Positions 38,096 through 49,523 of a stretch of 64,000 nt of DNA are shown here, in pieces; position 1 is the stretch's first letter; every line of letters begins with the position of its first letter. Location: the NCBI RefSeq assembly GCF_052425735.1, contig NC_135765.1, positions 6,262,001 through 6,326,000 on the forward strand, given 5' to 3'. Made by a program: the position numbers and the translations under genes. The notes under the pieces were generated by a model, which worked only from the letters and a program-made list of their open reading frames with translations, ran no database searches and had not been told where the DNA came from. The DNA is from Oculina patagonica. Its lineage: Eukaryota.

Positions 38096-39234
38096 TGGAG
38101 AACAAATACGTCCTAGGCTGTTCAGTCTTCTGTTCGTGTTCCTCGCCGCCGTCGCTCGATTCCAGAAAAAGCCGGAAGTGCATGCAAGCGAGGCTTAATT
38201 AGAATTCAGCATGGCGTGACGACATCTTGGGTTGAACTGTTTGTACTCGGCAACAGCCGAATTTAAGAAATGTAAAGATAGAAAAATTAAACGTCAATAA
38301 GCTAAAAGTCGGACTGAAAACGCCGCCACAGAAACTAATCAAAACGGAAATGAAAACAAACTTCGCAGAGAAAATTTAAGGTGTGTAAAGAAACTCTTCT
38401 ATGGAGGCTAAAAATAAACTGAATATTCTTAGAATTCTTAGAAAGCCCATATCAACCGATGGAAAACAATGGGTTAATGCTTGATAGAACGTATATGGTT
38501 TCGGCTGGGGGCGGAAGGGGGGGAAGCTGGAAGCAATATTCCGAGAATGCGTAGAAGGGGAAACGAAGGCCGGGGGGCCGGGGATTTGAATTTGAACTTG
38601 GCACTTTTTAAAATGCACTTTTGCAATCAAATACTTTAATAAACAAGTGTCACGCAGCGTACGAAGATTTATTTCTTCGAATACTAAGCTGTCATCAACT
38701 TAATCAGGACCGGGGATCAGGAGGGAAGAGTACTGAAAAAAGCTGCATTTCTCCCCGCTCTCCCTCCCTCCGGCCTTTCGAATCGGTAAATCTTGTCAAG
38801 AGAAATGAAGGAATACGTATGTGTCAGATATTTATTTACGACTAAAGCCTACAATTAAAAAGAAACACAACGGTGGCTTATGTCTTGATTGTAGCTTTAG
38901 TTCAAAGTGAAAACACGTCACGCTTATTCAATGAGTCAGATGTCTCACACTTTAGTATTCATGCCGGTCAAAGACGGGAAGAAAGACACTTGTCAAGCAT
39001 GAAACGTGATTATGCTACTGTATTACTTATAAAAACACATTGACCTTTAGGAAGTTTTCACTTTTCTGACAGGGTGAAATAAGCATACAATCGTTACAAA
39101 TGAAAATGTACGGTGCACTGATAAGCAGTGAGAAAAGCCGTAAAACGAGGTTAGCTTTGTGCGAGAGCGTTTCACTTGGGTCACAGAAAAGTGTCCGTTG
39201 TTGGCATAAACTGGTGTTAACTGCGTTGTCCGTA

Positions 39235-42200
39235 TTAACCGACATGAGTATCAGACTCAGAATACCGTGCCTGCTTTTTAGGCCTTTCTCTTGTACTTTG
39301 TCGCATCCTTATTGACCGCTCTCCGCACTTTAATGCCTGTTCTAACATCTCCAGCACGCGTTTCTTGTACTCTGAATCGTGATCTTTGTGCCCACGTACC
39401 GAGTTAGCGATGAAGAACACATTTTTCTTGTCGCTTCCAGTGACTTCAATAGCTGCTTTCTTTAACTTCTTCCTTTCTTCATCGGCGTCTGGCTTTTTCT
39501 GGATTTGGTCATCAAACGTGATGACGGTGATGATCGTGATTACTGTCATAAACATAAAGGTAATTTTACGTTAGTTATAAAGTAAAAGTAATTTTATCAT
39601 CCTTGGTACGTACACAAGCACCTTTACAGCGAATAAACCTAACGCCACTGTGGAACCCACATCGTGTGATTGCACACCATAAACAACAACAACAACAACA
39701 ACGACAACCCTAAACAATTGACTGAAGGTTGAATATTTCAAACTTATACCAGGAAGCCAGTGTCCAAAAATGGCTGACCTGGACAGAACCAATTTCGTTC
39801 AAAGAGCCTGCGTTCCCCTTGACCAGCGGTCAAGAACCTCAACGGCTCTGGACGAGAAATCAGGAAATCCTGGTTCCGGTTTGATTGTGCGCGTTCACCG
39901 GAAATTGTGGTGAAACGAACAAGTTTTCAACAGCCAATCAGATTCAGACGCCTTTGTGGCGGCTTTTCAGAAAAGCCCAGAGGTCCCGATCCCTGGCGCA
40001 GACCAGAAGGATCAGAACCAGTCCCCACTGCTTTTGTAATTAAGTTCCCGCTACTTTTTTTATTTCTCTTACTCTCTCAGTTAACGACAACCTAATTCAG
40101 TAAATACATGGCATTTAAAATAAAAGAAAGAGAAAATAGCTCAAAAAATGCTTACTAAAAAAAGCTGAAGATAGCCACTAAAGGAGGGATCCTAAAAGTG
40201 TCGTATTCTCTATGTATGTAATGTTATATGGAATGATGTGCTGTGATGCGATTTTTTCGGAAAATAACGAACTCTTTTATACATATAGGTCTATATATAA
40301 ACCTTTGTTTAAAGAGGGGGACATTGGGGGTGCTGCACACCGCATTACTGCAAAAAATTCGGCAAATATCGCAAAGAAAAAATCGGAAAATACCACAATT
40401 TCATAGACAGCTTGCATAGCTGGCGGAATTGTTGACGTAAAGGACAAAAAGCAAGGCAAAAACGAGCGGTGGTCCCATTGAAAAATTACACGACTATAAA
40501 CTGGTTATTAAAACAATCAAATTGTAGATAAAAAATGTTTGATAAAATTAGGTTGTTTCAGCTGGCTTCCGAAACGAACAGAAACGGCAAAAGTGGTCGG
40601 AAAAATTTGAAGGATAAGATTTTATACCGACCATCGTCGACCAAAACGCTAAGTAAACGCATCCCGCACCGCAATTTTAAATTAAAATTTCCGAAATACC
40701 GCATAAAAAAATTGGCTAATACTGCAATACCGCAAACCCCAATGTCCCCCCTTTTAAACAAACCAATTTACTCACTTTCTTGTTTCAGTCGGTCTTGAAC
40801 AAACTTGATAATTTCTCTGTACTGCCCTGTTTGAAATCTGATGTCATTAGCTTTTATAACCCATAATACAACGTGTATCCGGTCTAAAATTGGAGGCCTC
40901 TTGAGTCTGTGAGCACCAACACCAGCGGCTTCTGCCTTTTGAGCGCTCTTGTAATCTCGGGTCAAATCATCTCCTGCTCGCTCAATTCCAAAGAGAATGC
41001 GAAACAGCTCCCCTGTTTTGATTAGAAATTTTTTTTCAGAGTATGTTAATTGATAATAAAACGAGATGGAAGTAGGTATATGTACCAGAAATCCGAAGGA
41101 CCTCAAGGGAGGACCCACCCCCCCCCCCCCCCCAAATTCATGAGCTGGTTCCAATGGAAATGCAATCTCGAGCCCAGAGTGACCCCCGGCTCCGCGATCC
41201 GTCAGCGGTTGGTCAGCGGTAGGGTCGCCGGGACTCACTCTGGGAAACTGAATTTTAATTCAGTGTCCTACTGGTCCTCACAGAACAATAGAAATCAACA
41301 CGGAAGTCTGAAAATCTTCCCCGGAAGTAAACCAAACCGGAAACCCTGGAAAAACATTTTTTGTTTTCCATGGTCAAATGTTCAGATGTATCACCTTAAT
41401 TTTGTAAAATACCTAAGAACTCGTGATATGGCGCTACATAAATGAAGTATTTTCTAATTCTACCATTTTTGAACTCAAAAGACACCATGAATAAAAAAGG
41501 ACTTCCTTTAAAGGTGAATTCTGAACGGAGTTTTAAAACAACAATGACGGCGTCACCAAGGACAAGGTCGATTGAAAACTCAATTTATAGTTGACTTACA
41601 AATCTCGCTAGAACTACTGTTTTCATTCAAATCTCCGTTACGGTTGAAAAACTGATTATTGCAGACAGTGCTCGATTCAACATAATTAATAACGCAGAAT
41701 TTGAACATTACGCGTTGTTGTTTTGCTGAAAAAAGGGAATTGTACAATGGTGTGCACGTGAATTGCGTTAATTGTGTGCACGAGCTGAGTCGCCGAAATG
41801 CTAATTATACCTTTTGAATAGCGTTGACCGGTGTGGCCTTAAACGTCTTTATTAATATTACCGCCATTCGACGAGGAAAAAAATATTTGCTCGAAAACAT
41901 TCAATCTATCATGAAAAGATGCGCTGTTAGCGAGAAACCTCTGAAATATACGAAAGTTGCCAAACAAAAATTTTATCAACATAACAATAGCTTGTCCGTG
42001 CGTTGTGCATTATGTAAATTTCTTCGCCGTCGTCTGCAAAACAACAACTGACACACGCACGCAGTCTTTACAGGCGGAATCCAGGAAGGCAAACAAGATT
42101 TTTGATTTAAAACAAATATAGCAGTATGCTCAAGAAAGAGACTAACGGAAATCAGAACACCAGACGCTCTTTTGTTAACTCTCTCTTTTGTTAACTGCAG

Positions 42201-45200
42201 AACGTTTTTGTTGCTTTTGTTGCTTCGATAGACACCAGTTCTGTCGATACTGTGTTAGAAATAGTTCAACTTTCTCGATTTACTTCCGTTCTGGGAAATT
42301 TACTTCCGCTTAGACCTGAGAGCATGTGCAATAAAAACCGGAAGACCAAGGTTCTACCTGAAATCGACCTGAAATTGATCTGATCAATTCCAGTTTCCCA
42401 AAGTCCGTCCCGTACCGCTGACCGACATAGACGGACTCTGGGCTCGAGATTGATGGAAATGACTATAGCCGACTATTGCCCCAGTCCTTTCTCTTTCCGT
42501 CACTTTCCGTCGTTTCAGTCCTTTATCAACAGGCTCTTCCCTTTCCCTATTCCTTTTTCTTCCGGCTGTCTTTTCGCCCCATTCTCGCAGGAGAGCCTGC
42601 TGACAGGTTAATAACATTGACGATCATTTCAATCAACTGATGCGAAATAGTCGTAGCCTTTGATTGAGTATTCGGCGTGACCTTAGTATAGTTCCTGTTC
42701 TGCGGGACTTACATATTGTATACACAGTCTTAAAATCTTAATGAAATTCTTAGATAAAAAGAAGCTACCTTCTTCAGTCTTGTTCAACTCGAAGAATCCT
42801 CGCGTGTCGTATAGCGTGATTTGGTTCCCAGGAAGAACACAAGTCTCCAAAATCTTCGTTCCTTCTTTTCCCATGCTCTGAGTGACAGCCGGCTCCGAAT
42901 CCAGATCCAAGGACTGAAAGATGGTGTTAATCAGCGCTGATTTTCCAGAGCCAGTCATACCAAAGAGCGCGATATTCAAGCTACAGCCGTCCATCTCGCT
43001 ATCCAAGGCATCATGAAAATCCTCGTAAGTCCCGACCTTGTAATCAAGTATTCTACTACACAGCTGCGAAATGTCATCTTCTATAAAAATAGAGATTTAC
43101 GGAAAATCAAGGTTGGGTTAAATCTCCTTCAAGTTGGTTATCCCAAGTTACGCTATTAATCAAATGTTGTTAGTTAGCTCAGTTGGTAGAGCGCCGGACT
43201 GTCTAGCGGTAGGTCTTGGGCCGGACCGGACCAAAACTCAGGGTCTTAAAATAATTGAGGAGAATTCGAACATGCTGCCTTTGCAATGACATCTGCAAAT
43301 GATTAGATGTTCTAGTCTTCTCGGATAAGGACGATATTAAACCGTAGGCCCCGTCTCCTGCATCTTCAGTGTTATGGTCAGCAGGGGCCGTTAAAGAACC
43401 CACACACTTATTATATCGCAAAGAGTAGGGCACGGAGTTCTCGGTGTTCTGGTCCGGCCTATTCACATGTATCCATGGGTTGGGTGGTGGGACGAGATCA
43501 TATATGGACGAATAGCGCCTGCCAAAGGCGCCTAATATGCTGATGTCCGATCTCGTCTAGTAACTCTAACTGTGAAGTGCATTGAGCTTTGTAACTGCGC
43601 TATACGTTAACCACGATTAAATAAGTATATATTAACCGAAATTTTTAAAAGATGTAAAGGTTGCGTAAAGCTGCTTAGATAGACGTTTATTTACACCGCA
43701 GTAAAGTTATATTTATTTTGTGCCTGCTTTCGTTTGATTCCAACCTCAGCTATTCTAAAGTGTAACGATCGGAAATGGATACTTGCTTACGAGCATGACG
43801 AGTGTATGCAATTCTTTAGGTGTGACCAACGGAAACTGATTTTAAAAGTTTGCTTACTTCTAACGCTAAAACAATATCACTATGAAATTGAACAATAATC
43901 CCGTATAGTCACACAAAGTCAGGGCCCGATTGCATAAGGTAGGATTTAGAACAACTGTTCTCTATTTTGGTAACAGCATTGTGTTTCTCGTAAACTCTTT
44001 AATCCACCTTCGGCTGATTTATCCATAATATTGTGCAACAAAACGTTCGGGGACTCAGGGAATGGTTGCAGAACATTCCACTTAATCTTAAGTTGCTTTA
44101 TGCAACCGGGGCCCAGGCACCTGAAATTTACCAATTTCATCATCGGAAATCGTAAGCTTTGCACTACGTCTTGGTTTCCCAGACTTCCATTCTTGTTGCA
44201 GTTGTCGTCCAGTCTTACGTGAAGTGCTGGCTTTTGCCCCGTCAAATGCAAACAAAAAACGGAAATACACAACAAGGTTTATACCATACTATTAAATGTT
44301 TTTAAAGTCGTTTCTAATAGCTCAATGCAAGTATTACAATCCTCGGGATCAAGGTTGCCTAAAATTGTTTAGTCATCGGTTTTGATTCCCTTGAATGAAG
44401 TACAAGAAGTAATTCTAGTCCCCCCTGGATGGAACGCTAGTTTATTGTAGCATTTTGTCAGGTTACTCTGACACGTTGCTGGTACCCACTCATGCTACTG
44501 TGTGGAGATGTGCACTGTGAGAGTAAACTGTCTGTCAACACAAGAGGACCAAAGGGTTTGAATTTCCTCTTTCCTACAAGAGCCAATGTACTAACTATTT
44601 AACAACTATTCACCAAAGTTTAAGTGGCTAGTGGTGGATATTATTATTATTTGCTTTAGTGTATACTAAAACAGTAAGATGGTATAACCCGAAGAGGGTG
44701 ATTTTTCACTAATTTATTCCTGCAACAATTACAATTTTCTAGCGCACGTTGCTCGGAGCCGGTAAATAACAAAGGATGTTCGGAGTTTGAGTAGCCAATC
44801 AGCGCGCGCCAAAAACGCTATCCACTGTTTTATTATATACTATAAACTATTGCACATAGCATAACTAAAGTCTTTTTTTTACAAATAAATGTGCAGATCT
44901 AGAGTCTCAATCCTAGTTTAGATACCTGGTGGTTTTGAAGCTTTAATTTCGCGGCCTTCTTTTTTTTCTTTTCCACCACTGCCCATAGTTAACTCCACAT
45001 CATCCAGATTGGTCGGTTCTTGCAGAGAACGTTCTTGTTTCTTCACCAGTTTACATTGAAAACAACAGAATAAAAATTTGTTATAAAAAACATAGGTAGT
45101 TTAAGCTGGAATTTGCATTATTTTAGTACGTTTGCTTTTACACATTTAAAAATACATCAAGTAAATAAAAACTTACGACTAAAAATACTACTATAAGCAT

Positions 45201-47102
45201 TATTATAATTAAGATTCATCTATCTCTCGAATAAATTTAAACTACATGTCACTCTATATTATCCAGTTACCTTATCTGCATTCCCTAAGAAGAACTCTTT
45301 GCACTTTCTGTACTCATCCTCTAAAATTGTAGTTTTCAGTTTCAGCTCATCAAGCCCAAGCTCTTCCAAAACTTGAGATGTTGCGAGTGTTTGTTCGGCA
45401 ACTTTATTTAGATGACCGCTACTGTAATCTTGCCACAGACCTTCAAGGATTTGCAGCGAGCTGCATGTCACAGTTACCAATACACTTCCTAAGTTGTAGC
45501 TTTCAACACCGAGTCCAAGCTGCGCTTTCAAGTACTGTAGAAATACCTTTAACGACCGCTCCTTAATAACATTCCAGAAGGTAAGCTTCGGGACCTTTGG
45601 CATTGGAGGACCATGGCGATATCCTTGATGATGATAATGATGTACCTCCACCACGATGGTAATACGAACTGGTTGAGAATCTGTACAATCAAAAGAACAC
45701 ATTCTCAGTCACAATTTATTGCAAAATATCTTACATTACCTTATGAACTGATCAGATTTAAATCATTTAACCACCTTTATAAAAGAGCCCTCGGCTTCAA
45801 GATCATTTTGAACGGCGCTATGAAGCAACGGCCAAAGCTTTGTCTGCGTGCAAAAACATTCAGAAATAGCCGGGTCCTCTCGATAGAATTACGAAACTGA
45901 GATTGAGTATGAGTATGACTTTGGAATATCAATCCAGTCACTCCCAGAGCTCTCGTTTCTCCCTGTTGCTGACCGGTTGAACTATCGATGCGAGATTGGT
46001 GTGCAATTAAGCGATAATCGAAAGCATAAGCACCAAGTTTAAGAACTTGTACTCTTACTCAATCTCGTTCTCCGATCTACAGGTAAGCAAGGTCTTACAA
46101 TTGAGAGCAGTAAGAGTGCTTTAGACCCTCAAGATAAAAGGCATTTGATAGAAGTCTCAGAAAAAAGAACTTTCTTGGCCGGCAGCCTCATTGGTTAGCT
46201 CTTGGATAGTAAATAAGAAAACATCAATTCAAGATGGAAATCGCAAGCAGAGGGGTAATGACTCCATGCTGTAAGGTGACACCAAACTAACAGTGCAATC
46301 AAAGCAATAAAGATTTCGAAAGCTTACCTTGTCTTTGCTGAAGCTGTTGCAGCTGATCTCTGATATCTGTGTTAACTTGTTGGAGCTGATCTGTGACATC
46401 TACATAAACTTGTTGGAGCTGAGCTCTGATATCTGTGTTGACTTGTTGGAGTTGATTTCCTACTTGTTCTACTGCATCTTTGACTTCCATGTCGTTCTTG
46501 TACCATAACTGAAGTTCATCCACATATCTCTGTGCCTCAGTTGTTAGAGGATCACGCAGCAATTTATCAATGGACTTCATCCATTCAACTCTCTTTGCTG
46601 GACTGATTGACTCAGCAATTCGTAAGAGAGCCTCGCTGATATCTGTCCAGAAATTACCGAACGCAGAGTCCGTAATTTCCATTGTCGTGTTGTGACCGTA
46701 AATGGAATTGCGGTAGAATTTTATTCGCGCCAAATCTGCTTCAAGACTGTAGTCTGTACTGTTTGGTAAATTGTCCCAGCCGGTAGGGGGCTCTGTCAGA
46801 TTGCATATTGTTCTTAGCAATCTGAAAGTTAAGGTGATATCGAAATCGGCAGACTTGCCAAACGTACCAGGGGAAGGGTAGAGGCTATCCCACTCTGGTT
46901 TAGAAATTCTCGCTCTTCTTAATTGGGTTTGTATAGCAGGATCACCAAGCTTTAATGGCAGATCAGTGGGTGAGTGAAAAGAATCAAACATTTCTCGTAA
47001 AAGCCGGACACCTCCACACATCAAAAGTCTTGTCAGTCGCTGAAAATTTTCTTTTCCCTTCGTTGAACGAAAGGCATCTTCTGCGTCTGTTGGTGATGCC
47101 AT
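39235..47102 (-). CDS. G4: DZIP3-like HEPN + Q-rich coiled coil + TRADD-N-like + divergent IFI44-family GTPase, no SAM-like tail, ~718 aa
   Basis: Exons 46328-47102, 45271-45680, 44926-45040 (weaker acceptor), 42769-43080, 40776-41012, 39235-39542; 2157 nt open. RNSIYGH at 46692-46712; NIALFGMTGSGKSA, KEGT, YDTRGFF, ILDRIHVVLWVIKAND, VITFDD, FIANS, LKCGERSI. The 3' end could alternatively splice onward. Confidence 0.75.
40309..40757. mobile_element. MITE flanked by TTAA
   Basis: ttaaAGAGGGGGACATTGGGG...CCCCAATGTCCCCCCTTttaa. Confidence 0.7.
41163..42452. mobile_element. 1.29-kb non-autonomous Mutator-like element in a G4 intron
   Basis: TIR CAATCTCGAGCCCAGAGT...ACTCTGGGCTCGAGATTG; 9-bp TSD ATGGAAATG (41154-41162, 42453-42461). 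Confidence 0.85.
43170..43600 (+). mobile_element. tRNA-derived SINE (third family)
   Basis: ttagctcagttggtagagcgccggactg head without a complete cloverleaf, followed by a ~350-nt body. Confidence 0.65.
45271..45680 (-). other. TRADD-N-like domain exon of G4
   Basis: GSVLVTVTCSSLQILEGLWQDYSSGHLNKVAEQTL; same phase-1 start and phase-0 end as the G3 exon. Confidence 0.7.
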
Positions 47103-47837
47103 GTTAGGCCACAGTTAGACAAACGCGATTCGACGATTTTAGTCCTTAAAAAGTAAAAAGTATCAAATCATTTTGGAAAACTGTATTAAAACATTCATTA
47201 TAATTATAAGCAGTTAATGCGAATCGTTTTTAAAACATACTTGTATGTCACTTTTCCATGTCTACTTAGTCAGCGCATTGCGTGACGTTTACAGATTATT
47301 GGATTATTTACAGCGCATTGCGTGACTTATATGTAATGTAACCAGACTGAGCCAGGTTTTCAAATCTTGCTTTTCAGTAGCGTTTAACTGATTAACTCTG
47401 CTTTGAAAAGATATTTTGTCCGATAATAGATCAATAAAACTATTAAAATTTAATAATATTGCAGATAGCAAAAAAAATCAATAGAGACAGATCCTCCAGT
47501 TCTAGGAATTCGTAAAGCAACAATATATTGTTTCGCGGAATCAGCTAAATCAAACTTTTTAGTTTAAGTTGAGTCGGATGTTTGAGGGAGAATCTATTTT
47601 TTTCTGCTTCATTTTTCTCTCCTTTCCTTTTGTTTGTTATGAGAAGCACCAAGAAGTCTCCTGAAAGTATATGAATTTACTGGATCAAGTTTATGCGGAG
47701 TAATATTCTAATCATTATGCGTTAGGTAAGAGACAGCTCTGCTATCACAAAATATTATTAATGACCCGGTTTTGAGCATTGAAGTCGAAAGTACATTACA
47801 GATAATGCAATTTTACGCCGTAGTTCCCCTCTGAGCG

Positions 47838-48167
47838 CATCCTCGTAGACCCATAGGCAGTAAGTCGGGGCAAAACGAAGTAAACGGAGCAGAAACGTAG
47901 CGACGAAAGTTTTAAAGAAGAGAGACGATTTCTGCCCTGTCTACAAAAGTCAACTCTCGTTAAAGCGGACACGCTCGGGGCGTCGTTTAGTGTCCGTTAT
48001 AGCGAGAGTCCGTAATAGCGGGAGTCATTTCCAGTCAAACCTCTATCGCCGGGGTTCTGGATTTTTTTCCGTAATAGCGAGTGTCCGCAATAGCGGGGTG
48101 TCTGCAAGGCGAAAGTTGACTGTACTTCGTTTCGGCCCGACTAACTGCCACTGAGTCTCCGAGGATG
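47838..48167. mobile_element. Mutator-like MITE containing a nested mariner-like MITE (~47942-48124)
   Basis: TIR CATCCTCG...CGAGGATG, 9-bp TSD CTCTGAGCG (47829-47837, 48168-48176); empty site ttttgagcg in the G3 paralog at ~37820. Confidence 0.8.
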
Positions 48168-48430
48168 CTCTGAGCGTTGTAATAACTTAATAGATCTGAC
48201 ACCACTGAAATTTTAAGTTGTGTTAGTCTCTTTGTTAAAAAATTCAGATCGACAATCGTTTCGTGACTTTGGGATTTAGCAGTACAAAAACAAACAGTCT
48301 AGCAAAACTCCTCCACATGGATATTTGCAACCAACATCAATACGATATGTTCAAGTGCATGCAAAATTCGCCAGCTCAGGACGATGCATGATCGCCATAC
48401 AAGTTACCAAGGTAATAGCTAGGTACTCAC

Positions 48431-48454
48431 GATTTTAGATTCGCAGTTTCCCAT
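48431..48454 (-). CDS. Upstream micro-exon of G4, MGNCESKI (myristoylation, possible Cys4 palmitoylation); uORF or alternative first coding exon
   Basis: ATG GGA AAC TGC GAA TCT AAA ATC|gtgagtac; ETS CCGGAAGTG at 48541-48549 upstream. Confidence 0.72.
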
Positions 48455-49523
48455 TCGAGAAGAAATCCCTAAGCTGTTCGGTCCGGGTGTTCGGTCCTCT
48501 GTTCGTGTTCCTCGCTACTGTCGCTCGATTCCAGAGAAAGCCGGAAGTGCATGCAAGCGAGACTTAATTAGAATTCAAAAGAGCATGGCGTGACGAGGTC
48601 TTGGGTTGAACTGTCTATACTCGCCCGGGATACTCGGCAACAGCCGCGTATAAGACATCAAAAGATCGAAAAATTAAATGTCAATAAACTACAAGTCGGA
48701 CTGAAAATGCCGCCACAGAAACTAATCAAAGTGGCAATAAAAAAAGACTTGGCAGAGAACATTTAAGGTTGTTAAGAAGAAATTTCCTATGAAGACTAAA
48801 AATAGACTAAATATTCTTAGAATTCTTAGAAAGCCCATATTATCCGATCGAAAATAATGGGTTAATGGTTGATAGAAAGTATTTGGTTTCGGCTGGGGAG
48901 TGGGGGCGGGATGTAATATACTGAGAAAGCACGGAAGGGAAAAAAAACTAAGATGTGATCAACTTGATCAGGACGGAAGGGTAGTGGGAAAAAGGCTGGT
49001 AATTCCTTATCCCTTGGGTCGCCCTCCTCATCCTTCTTATCAGTTATCCTCTTGTCAAGAGAAAATACGAAATTCACATTTATCAGACATTTATTTATCA
49101 GACTTCTCCTGTATAAGTAATCTGAAGTATGTATTAGGATCGTCTAGGAAACAATATTTTCTGGAACATGCAGTAACTACAAAGCCTTAAGCACAAACTT
49201 TGAATAGAGTTGCTTTACTATTCTACTTGTTTTAAACTTTAAAAGTTAACGTTTTCATGTCCCTAGTCAGAAACGTAGCTTAGTAATATCCACAATCTAC
49301 ATTACACCAACAGTAATAGTCTTATTTCACTTCTAATAAGGCCCTATCTACTCGTTTGGGTTCCCAAGAGATGACATCTGGTTTCAGAGTAAGAAGGAAA
49401 AATTATATACTCCGGTTTCAGTCTAGAGTGCTTGAAAACAGTCCAAGTCCAGCAGCACATATCTATCAAGCTTGTAAGGAGGGAGGGGTCCCCTCTTGGC
49501 GTTCTATTTTTTTCAGTGCCACT

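Noticed and set aside
43170-43245. tRNA gene (also the heads near 11560, 14190, 15900)
   Set aside because: A/B-box heads without a full cloverleaf, joined to repeated SINE bodies.
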